DNA of 39,325 nucleotides from sequence record SRR31156797_8491; one strand, 5' to 3'. Shown piece by piece: positions 32,108 to 39,325 of this stretch (position 1 is its first letter; each line of letters starts with the position of its first letter). The notes under the pieces were generated by a model. It saw only the letters and a program-made list of their open reading frames with translations, ran no database searches and was not told where the DNA came from. The position numbers and the translations under genes were made by a program.

Positions 32108-32137
32108 AAAAAAAAGGAGGTAATCATTACCTCCTTT
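32108..32137 (-). terminator. Intrinsic terminator after clpX
   Basis: AAAGGAGGTAA/TTACCTCCTTT stem with T8 on the minus strand. Confidence 0.85.
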
Positions 32138-32163
32138 GCTTATTTCTTATGTGAATTACTCTT

Positions 32164-33444
32164 TTATTCAGCGCCAGCCGCTTGGCTCTCACTACCAGAG
32201 TAAATCATCAGTGGTTCTGATTCACCGTTAATCACCGACTCATCAATCACCACTTTCTCAACATCAGACATTGAAGGCAGTTCGTACATGGTTTCAAGTA
32301 GAACGCTTTCAAGGATTGAACGTAGACCACGAGCACCTGTTTTACGAGCCATCGCTTTTGCAGCAATCGCGCGTAGTGCATCTTCACGGAATTCCAAATC
32401 AACATCTTCAAGTTCGAATAGCGCACCGTACTGTTTTGTCAACGCGTTCTTCGGCTCACAAAGAATCTGAATCAGAGCTTCTTCATCCAGTTCCGTCAGT
32501 GTTGCTGTTACTGGTAGACGACCAATGAATTCTGGAATCAAACCATACTTCACTAGATCTTCCGGCTCTACCTGAGTAAACAACTCACCCACCGTTCTGT
32601 TTTCATCTTTAGAGCGAACTTCCGCGCCAAAACCGATACCAGTACCCGTCGCCACTCGCTGTTCGATCACTTTATCCAGGCCAGCAAACGCACCACCACA
32701 GATAAATAGAATCTTAGAAGTATCGACTTGTAGGAACTCTTGTTGAGGATGCTTACGACCACCTTGTGGTGGAACAGAAGCGACGGTGCCTTCAACCAGT
32801 TTCAACAGGGCTTGCTGAACACCTTCACCTGAGACATCTCGAGTGATGGAAGGGTTTTCCGCTTTACGAGAGATCTTATCGATTTCATCGATATACACGA
32901 TACCGCGTTCCGCTTTTGCTACGTCGTAGTCACACTTTTGAAGTAACTTTTGAATGATGTTTTCAACATCTTCACCCACATAACCCGCTTCGGTTAATGT
33001 AGTTGCATCAGCCATTGTAAATGGTACGTCTAGGAAACGAGCCAGTGTTTCAGCCAGTAGCGTTTTACCACTACCAGTAGGACCAATTAGCAAAATGTTA
33101 CTTTTACCCAGTTCTACGCCATCACTTGTCGTATCGCCATTACGTAAACGCTTGTAGTGGTTATATACTGCAACCGCTAGCACTTTCTTAGCGTGTTCTT
33201 GGCCAATTACATAGTCGTCAAGGTGTTCACGAATTTCACGAGGCGCAGGCAATGCTGACGACTCTTTCTTAGGTAGAACATCTTTAATCTCTTCACGAAT
33301 AATGTCGTTACATAAATCAACACATTCATCACAGATATACACAGAAGGACCTGCAATTAGCTTGCGAACTTCGTGCTGGCTTTTGCCACAGAAAGAGCAG
33401 TACAGCAGTTTACTACTACCACCCTCTTTGCTTTTATCTGTCAT
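32164..33444 (-). CDS. clpX: Clp protease ATPase subunit ClpX
   Basis: C4 zinc finger [23 protein letters not shown] and IGF loops. Confidence 0.99.
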   Translation of the reverse strand: MTDKSKEGGSSKLLYCSFCGKSQHEVRKLIAGPSVYICDECVDLCNDIIREEIKDVLPKKESSALPAPREIREHLDDYVIGQEHAKKVLAVAVYNHYKRLRNGDTTSDGVELGKSNILLIGPTGSGKTLLAETLARFLDVPFTMADATTLTEAGYVGEDVENIIQKLLQKCDYDVAKAERGIVYIDEIDKISRKAENPSITRDVSGEGVQQALLKLVEGTVASVPPQGGRKHPQQEFLQVDTSKILFICGGAFAGLDKVIEQRVATGTGIGFGAEVRSKDENRTVGELFTQVEPEDLVKYGLIPEFIGRLPVTATLTELDEEALIQILCEPKNALTKQYGALFELEDVDLEFREDALRAIAAKAMARKTGARGLRSILESVLLETMYELPSMSDVEKVVIDESVINGESEPLMIYSGSESQAAGAE

Positions 33445-33525
33445 TCGCTAACCTCTTAGCCTTACTCTTTATGGTTTGAGTGTATAACAATTTCAACCAA
33501 ATTGCGCACTCAATTCTTGGAACTG

Positions 33526-34152
33526 TTACTCACCTCGGTGAGTCAACACTGAGTCCACCAAACCGTACTCTACTGCCTGCTCCGACGACATAAAGTTGTC
33601 ACGATCAGTATCACGCTCAATCACTTCTAAAGGTTGGCCCGTGTGTTCAGCCAATAAGCGATTCAGCTTGCTCTTAATCGTTAAGATTTCTTGAGCATGA
33701 ATTTGAATGTCTGAAGCCTGGCCTTGGAAACCACCCAGCGGTTGGTGAATCATAACGCGCGAGTTAGGCAGAACGTAACGTTTACCTGGTGCGCCACCAG
33801 CTAGTAAGAATGCGCCCATAGAACACGCTTGCCCCATACAAACGGTGCTCACATTTGGTTTGATAAACTGCATTGTGTCATAAATAGACATACCCGCTGT
33901 CACACTACCGCCTGGAGAGTTGATGTATAGGAAAATATCTTTATCTGGATTTTCAGATTCCAAGAACAGTAGCTGAGCCACGACAAGGTTTGCCATGTGG
34001 TCTTCTACTTGACCCGTTAAGAAAATAACTCGCTCTTTTAAAAGACGTGAATAGATATCGTATGAACGTTCGCCACGGGAAGTCTGTTCAACTACCATGG
34101 GTACTAGAGCGTCCATAATCGGCGACATTGCGTTTTTTTCTTGGTAGCTCAT
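33526..34152 (-). CDS. clpP: Clp protease proteolytic subunit ClpP
   Basis: [24 protein letters not shown], catalytic Ser in ACSMG, MIHQP and DRDNFM motifs. Confidence 0.98.
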   Translation of the reverse strand: MSYQEKNAMSPIMDALVPMVVEQTSRGERSYDIYSRLLKERVIFLTGQVEDHMANLVVAQLLFLESENPDKDIFLYINSPGGSVTAGMSIYDTMQFIKPNVSTVCMGQACSMGAFLLAGGAPGKRYVLPNSRVMIHQPLGGFQGQASDIQIHAQEILTIKSKLNRLLAEHTGQPLEVIERDTDRDNFMSSEQAVEYGLVDSVLTHRGE

Positions 34153-34168
34153 AAAGTCTTATATCCCT

Positions 34169-34209
34169 AAAAATAAATGGCCCGGATGATTAATATCATA
34201 CGGACCATT
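34169..34209 (-). terminator. Terminator-like hairpin between tig and clpP
   Basis: Minus strand AATGGTCCG..ATGAT..ATCAT..CGGGCCATT followed by TATTTTT, ending just before the clpP SD. Confidence 0.6.
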
Positions 34210-34260
34210 GTTAGCAGAATAGTTGACGTGAAGTCAACCTTCTACGCTATAGATTGCCTA

Positions 34261-35565
34261 TTAAGCAGCAACTTGAGGGTTCATTAGCTCGTTAAAGCTG
34301 ATCGCTTTCTCAGTCACAGTTGCTTTAGCAATGATCGCGTCAATCGCTTGTTCTTCTAGAGCTACGTTGCGCATGTTGTTCATCATTTGCTCGTTTTGCT
34401 CGTAGTAAGAGATAACTTCTGTTGGATCTTCGTAAGCTGTAGCCATCTCTTCGATAAGTGCTTTCACTTTTTCGTCGTCAGCTTTTAGCTCTTCCGCTTT
34501 GATTACTTCGCCAAGAAGTAGACCAACAACAACGCGACGTTTCGCTTGCTCTTCGAACATTTCACGTGGAAGTTGTTGTGCAGCTTCTACGTTACCACCG
34601 AAGCGTTGAGCAGCTTGCTCACGTAGTACACCGATTTCTTGGTCGATAAGTGCAGCAGGAACATCGATTTCGTTCTCTTTCACTAGGCCGTCAATCGCTT
34701 GCTCTTTGATACGTGATTTAATTGCTTGCTTAAGTTCACGTTCCATGTTCTTACGAACTTCAGCTTTAAGCGCGTCAACACCGCCTTCAACAACACCAAA
34801 CTTAGCAACGAACTCGTCGTTTAGTTCTGGTAGTTCTTGAGCTTCAACTTTGTTCACTTTGATTGCGAATTTAGCCGCTTTACCTTTTAGGTTTTCAGCG
34901 TGGTAATCTTCTGGGAAGTTTACCTCGATTTCGAATTCCATACCTTTAGTTTTGCCAGCGATACCGTCTTCAAAACCAGGAATCATACGACCAGCGCCCA
35001 TTTCTAGAGGGAAGTTTTCAGCTTTACCGCCTTCAAACTCTTCACCGTCGATAGAACCAACGAAATCGATAGTTACACGCTTACCAGCTTCAGCTGCTTC
35101 TTCTACTTCAGACCAAGTAGCTTGTTGCTTGCGAAGCGTTTCTAGCATTTCTTCAACGTCAGAATCTTGAACTTCTGCTGCAGGTTTTTCTACAGTGATG
35201 TTATCAAGACCTTTCAGCTCGACCTCTGGGTAAACTTCGAAAGTTGCTGTAAATACTAGGTCAGCGCCTTCTTTAGCTTCTACTGGAGCGAAAGTTGGAG
35301 CGCCAGCTGGGTTGATTTTCTCTTTTACGATTGCTTCGATGAAGTGGCGTTGCATAACTTCACCAAGAATGTCTTGACGTACTGCTTTGCCGTACATTTG
35401 AGCAACCATTTTCATTGGAACTTTGCCTTTACGGAAACCGTCGAAACGACGATTTTTCGCGATATTGCGTAGTTCAGCTGTCACTGCATCTTCGATGTTT
35501 GCAGCAGGAACAGTAATATTTAAACGGCGCTCTAGGCCTTCTAACGTTTCAACAGTAACTTGCAT
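34261..35565 (-). CDS. tig: Trigger factor
   Basis: [13 protein letters not shown], ribosome-binding GFRKGKVP and FKBP domain (IPGFE, FPEDYH). Confidence 0.99.
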   Translation of the reverse strand: MQVTVETLEGLERRLNITVPAANIEDAVTAELRNIAKNRRFDGFRKGKVPMKMVAQMYGKAVRQDILGEVMQRHFIEAIVKEKINPAGAPTFAPVEAKEGADLVFTATFEVYPEVELKGLDNITVEKPAAEVQDSDVEEMLETLRKQQATWSEVEEAAEAGKRVTIDFVGSIDGEEFEGGKAENFPLEMGAGRMIPGFEDGIAGKTKGMEFEIEVNFPEDYHAENLKGKAAKFAIKVNKVEAQELPELNDEFVAKFGVVEGGVDALKAEVRKNMERELKQAIKSRIKEQAIDGLVKENEIDVPAALIDQEIGVLREQAAQRFGGNVEAAQQLPREMFEEQAKRRVVVGLLLGEVIKAEELKADDEKVKALIEEMATAYEDPTEVISYYEQNEQMMNNMRNVALEEQAIDAIIAKATVTEKAISFNELMNPQVAA

Positions 35566-35793
35566 TGTATTTAAACCTCAAAACTGGCTCAGTATTCCTG
35601 AGCATCATGACCCAACATCTCTGTTTGGAGCCATCCTTATCTTGTGCTCTAAAGAACACTTAAATGTAATTGGTGAGCATCGGTACTATCAGTTAAACCA
35701 CCTAAATACCGAACTAATGAGTGACATCTTTGGTCGATTTGTGCCGAATAAAGGTATCTCTGATTAGCCTCAGGACAAAAAATTAGACGCGAT

Positions 35794-35822
35794 ATACTAC
35801 CGATCTCAGCTTTGGCTGTCGA
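35794..35822 (-). promoter_or_regulatory. Putative sigma70 promoter of tig
   Basis: TCGACA-N17-TAGTAT followed by ATCGCG; implies a leader of about 220 nt. Confidence 0.55.
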
Positions 35823-35878
35823 GCGAATACCCCGCAAGAAAAAGCCAATGTCCTAAAAACTCACTTAACTCGAACAAA

Positions 35879-35898
35879 AGTTAACCTACCAAGGTCAA
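35879..35898. repeat. Degenerate end of the CTAGGGTCTGTTGACC element family
   Basis: AGTTAACCTACCAAGGTCAA matches the reverse complement of 39306-39325 at 16 of 20 positions. Confidence 0.4.
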
Positions 35899-35941
35899 TT
35901 GCTCGTGAAAAATCCATCAAAACGATCTTTTGATGGCTCAG

Positions 35942-35969
35942 AAATGGGGACAATATAGGCTTTTTCAAG
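35942..35969 (-). promoter_or_regulatory. Consensus sigma32 promoter pointing toward tig
   Basis: CTTGAAA-N13-CCCCATTT. Confidence 0.7.
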
Positions 35970-36107
35970 AGAATCGAGGGATTTTTTTTTACAAATAATC
36001 AAAAAGAGATCTGGCTCTTGTTTTGTCTCCCATATTGACGATGTTTTTAAGCAACTCACCGTCACTTCCCAGTATCATACCGGCATAAAAGGAGAAGGAA
36101 TCAATCA

Positions 36108-37907
36108 ATGACAAGGATGCTGTCTGTTCGCCAACTCTCGATACTGTTTCTCGTTATCTATGTCACGATAGCGACCATGGCTGCTCATCTCGTTTGGCAG
36201 TATAGCTATCAATCTCTGCTGATTGAACAACAGTCCGAACTGGAACGTTTCTCCAGCCATGTATCAGCAAAGCTGGACAAGTACGCCCACATACCCAGAC
36301 TACTGTCTAAAGACAGAGAGTTGGTCGATGCTTTAAACCAACCAAACAACAGTGCTCAGATCGAATTAACCAATCGCTATTTACAACAGGTGAATGACGT
36401 TATTCAAGCGGCAGATACTTACCTGTTAGACGGTTTCGGTAACACGATTGCATCTAGCAACTGGGATCTGGAACGGTCATTTATTGGCAGAAATTTCGCC
36501 TGGCGCCCTTACTTCAAAAACGCGATTGAAGGCCATAGTAGCCAGTATTTCGCACTAGGCTCAACCTCCGGGCAGCGCGGTTATTACTACTCTTATCCAG
36601 TAATTTATGCCGCTGAAGTGCTCGGGGTTGTCGTGGTGAAAATGGATCTCTCTTCTATCGAAGAACATTGGCAGAGTCGTAACAGTTATTTTGTTGCCAC
36701 TGACAGCAACAATATTATCTTTATGTCGAGTAAAACAGATTGGCTGTTTCATAGCGTCACTGATCTTAATCCACAGGTTCGCCAAGCGATTCAGAATACC
36801 CGACAGTACCTCGACAATAGTATTCCCCCTCTTGGCTTCGTGGGCGATTTTAATGCTCGCGAGAGCGAATGGGTTACACCTACACACGGCTGGATAAGCG
36901 AGGACTATATCGTCTCCACTCGTAACTTAGATAATGTATCGCTCAACATTCGCGTCCTGTCACCCAAGATAAAAGTATTCTGGGATACCTTCGGTTCCTT
37001 ACTCATCCTCACGATGGTATTTGCCATTATTTATCTCGCATTTTTGCTCCTGAATCATCGCCAAATCCGCCAACGTCAAATTGAACGATTGCAAGCAGAG
37101 GCCAAGCAAAAGCTGGAATTTCTTGTCATGGAACGCACAGCGAAACTGCATGTAGAAATTGATGAAAGAATAAAAACAGAAAGCGCATTGCGCCAAACTC
37201 AAAACGAGCTAATCCAAGCGGCTAAACTGGCAGTGCTGGGACAGATGTCAGCCAGTATCAGCCATGAACTCAACAACCCATTAGCGGCAATCAGAAGCTT
37301 TGCTGATAATGGCCGTCGCTTTTTGGCTAATGGCAAGCCTGAACGTACCGATGAAAATTTAGAACGAATTTCAAACCTGACGGTGCGTATGGCCAAAATC
37401 AGTGAACAGCTCAAATCATTCGCTCGAAAATCTGAAACCGACGAACATGTTGACGCTCAGCTTCTTCCGTTAATTATCAATGCCAAAGAGCTTATGCAAC
37501 CTCAATTTAAATCTCACTATGTTGAACTTGAAGTTCATGCGCCCGATACCCCTGTTCGAAGCAATATCAACCCAATCCAGTTAGAGCAAGTTATCATCAA
37601 CCTATTGACCAATGCAATGCAAGCGATTGAAAAAGCTGAAACAAAAAAAATATCGATCCACCTAGCGCAGCAGCATGACAATATTCATATTCATGTTGAC
37701 GATAGCGGTTGTGGATTGAACACAGAGCAAATGGAAAACTTATTTGAGCCGTTCTTCACCACTAAGAAAAATGGACTTGGTCTGGGTTTATCGATCTCTC
37801 AGCAAATCATGCACAGTATGCGAGGAGAGCTAACGGCTAGCTCATCGCCACTCGGCGGAGCAAGGTTTACCATTACTTTAAAACCAACCAACACAAAGTC
37901 AGAATAA
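36108..37907 (+). CDS. dctB: C4-dicarboxylate sensor histidine kinase DctB
   Basis: TM-dCache-TM layout with FAWRPYF and ALGSTSGQRGYY; H-box SHELNNPL; N, G1, F and G2 boxes. Confidence 0.9.
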   Translation: MTRMLSVRQLSILFLVIYVTIATMAAHLVWQYSYQSLLIEQQSELERFSSHVSAKLDKYAHIPRLLSKDRELVDALNQPNNSAQIELTNRYLQQVNDVIQAADTYLLDGFGNTIASSNWDLERSFIGRNFAWRPYFKNAIEGHSSQYFALGSTSGQRGYYYSYPVIYAAEVLGVVVVKMDLSSIEEHWQSRNSYFVATDSNNIIFMSSKTDWLFHSVTDLNPQVRQAIQNTRQYLDNSIPPLGFVGDFNARESEWVTPTHGWISEDYIVSTRNLDNVSLNIRVLSPKIKVFWDTFGSLLILTMVFAIIYLAFLLLNHRQIRQRQIERLQAEAKQKLEFLVMERTAKLHVEIDERIKTESALRQTQNELIQAAKLAVLGQMSASISHELNNPLAAIRSFADNGRRFLANGKPERTDENLERISNLTVRMAKISEQLKSFARKSETDEHVDAQLLPLIINAKELMQPQFKSHYVELEVHAPDTPVRSNINPIQLEQVIINLLTNAMQAIEKAETKKISIHLAQQHDNIHIHVDDSGCGLNTEQMENLFEPFFTTKKNGLGLGLSISQQIMHSMRGELTASSSPLGGARFTITLKPTNTKSE

Positions 37908-37927
37908 TAAAAAAATAGGGAAATTGT

Positions 37928-39268
37928 ATGTGTGATGTATTTTTTATTGATGATGAGTCCGACATTCGAATCGCTCTTGAACAAAGTTTTGAACTGGCAG
38001 AAATTGAAGCTCGATTTTTCTCTAGCGCCGAAGATGCCCTCATCGCTATCAAACAAGATGGCTTACCTACAGTATTGGTGACGGATATCTGTCTGCCGGG
38101 TATAACGGGGCAAAATTTACTGTCATCGATTCATCATCAAGATCCTGATGTGCCCGTCATTCTGATAACTGGTCATGGTGACATCTCAATGGCAGTACAA
38201 GCCATGCACGATGGTGCTTACGATTTCATCGAAAAGCCTTTTGCTCCGGAACGATTAATCGAAACCGTTAATCGAGCAATTGAACGAAGAAAGCTTACGT
38301 TGGAGAACCAACAGTTAAAGCGCAGCCTCAAAGCCAGTCAAACCTTAGGGCCGAGAATTATTGGTGAAACCAACAGTATTATTGCGCTGCGCGACACCAT
38401 CAGCCATGTTGCAGACACAGACGCCGATATTTTGCTGTTTGGAGAAACAGGCACAGGTAAAGAACTCATTGCCCGTTCATTACACGAGCAAAGCTCTCGA
38501 AGAGAGCAAAATTTTGTTGCGGTTAACTGCGGTGCTGTGCCGGAAAACCTAATTGAAAGTGAATTGTATGGTCACGAAAAAGGCGCATTCACGGGTGCTG
38601 ATAGTAAAAGAGTCGGCAAATTTGAACATGCACAAGGCGGAACTCTGTTTCTTGATGAAATTGAATCAATGCCGATGCAGGCGCAAATACGCCTCTTGAG
38701 AGTACTGCAAGAACGGGTTATTGAGCGTGTGGGCTCCAACGAACTCATTCCTTTGAACATCCGTGTTATCGCAGCCACTAAAGTTGATTTAAAGAGAGCA
38801 GCACAAGAAGGTACTTTCCGTCAGGATCTCTACTACCGACTTAACATCGTCACTCTGGATATTCCCCCTCTACGTGAGCGTAGAGAAGACATTCCAGCAC
38901 TGTTCCACCACTTCCTGCTAGTCGCAGCCGCTCGATATGGCAAAGCCGCCACTGCCCTTCCAGCTAAAACATTGCAAGCATTAATGAGTCATGACTGGCC
39001 GGGTAACGTCCGTGAGCTGCGTAATGCCGCAGAGCGTTACGTTCTACTCGGTAAACTGTCTCAACTGGGTGAAACCGATACACCACAACACGAACTAACC
39101 AGCCTGTCGGATAAAGTGGCAGAGTATGAAAAAACCATCATTGAGCAAACGCTGTTAGAATGTTCCGGAAGCATTAAAGAAACCATGGAACGACTCAATA
39201 TTCCACGCAAAACACTGTACGACAAAATGCAAAAGCACAATATCGATAAAGAGAATTACAAAGCATAA
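37928..39268 (+). CDS. dctD: sigma54-dependent response regulator DctD
   Basis: Receiver domain, GETGTGKE, GAFTGA, FLDEI, WPGNVREL and C-terminal Fis-type HTH. Confidence 0.9.
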   Translation: MCDVFFIDDESDIRIALEQSFELAEIEARFFSSAEDALIAIKQDGLPTVLVTDICLPGITGQNLLSSIHHQDPDVPVILITGHGDISMAVQAMHDGAYDFIEKPFAPERLIETVNRAIERRKLTLENQQLKRSLKASQTLGPRIIGETNSIIALRDTISHVADTDADILLFGETGTGKELIARSLHEQSSRREQNFVAVNCGAVPENLIESELYGHEKGAFTGADSKRVGKFEHAQGGTLFLDEIESMPMQAQIRLLRVLQERVIERVGSNELIPLNIRVIAATKVDLKRAAQEGTFRQDLYYRLNIVTLDIPPLRERREDIPALFHHFLLVAAARYGKAATALPAKTLQALMSHDWPGNVRELRNAAERYVLLGKLSQLGETDTPQHELTSLSDKVAEYEKTIIEQTLLECSGSIKETMERLNIPRKTLYDKMQKHNIDKENYKA

Positions 39269-39295
39269 AAAAGCCCAGCATTGCTGGGCTTTGTT
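39267..39295. terminator. Terminator after dctD
   Basis: AAAGCCCAGC-ATT-GCTGGGCTTT. Confidence 0.8.
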
Positions 39296-39325
39296 CTAGG
39301 GTCTGTTGACCTTTTGAGGTTAAAT
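39296..39325. mobile_element. Start of a repeated element (MITE or IS end), cut off by the window edge
   Basis: CTAGGGTCTGTTGACCTTTT resembles the terminus of an intergenic repeat I recall from Vibrio genomes; related copies at 2281 and 35879. Confidence 0.55.

Noticed and set aside
33468-33497. sigma32-like promoter before clpX (GTTGAAA-N14-AACCATAA)
   Set aside because: The -10 lacks the CCCC run and lies within a hairpin-forming region; not supportable without TSS data
35649-35837. 62-aa minus-strand ORF upstream of tig
   Set aside because: TTG start, no clear SD, overlaps the predicted tig sigma70 promoter and has no recognisable features; ribosome profiling would be needed to revive it
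36011-36026. sigma54-like motif upstream of dctB
   Set aside because: Has GG-N10-GT instead of the required GG-N10-GC

Overview
This is a core-genome segment of a Vibrio large chromosome. Gene order is ycfP-thiK-lpoB-ycfL-COG3014-hinT, an MCP, a DUF1887 CARF/nuclease gene, fadR, nhaB-dsbB, ftsK-lrp, ald, a methyltransferase, cysB, zomB/motV-like, miaE, pyrF-lapB-lapA-ihfB-rpsA-cmk, comEA, ppiD-hupB-lon-clpX-clpP-tig and dctB-dctD. From memory this matches the V. cholerae VC189x-VC1926 region; I ran no search. I see no rRNA, tRNA, CRISPR array, integrase, transposase or prophage gene. The best candidate for an unexplained system is a stand-alone Card1/Can2-like CARF + PD-(D/E)XK nuclease (7115-8275). 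Its catalytic motifs look intact, it has a structured leader, and no cas10, CRISPR array or cyclase lies nearby. Other notable items: (1) remnants of two families of miniature inverted-repeat elements in promoter and leader regions, one directly behind the hinT operon promoter; (2) a consensus sigma32 promoter upstream of tig; (3) three adjacent outer-membrane lipoprotein genes in an lpoB operon that lacks nagZ; (4) a perfect 26-bp palindrome over the RBS of an uncharacterised methyltransferase. Most of the window is ordinary housekeeping DNA.
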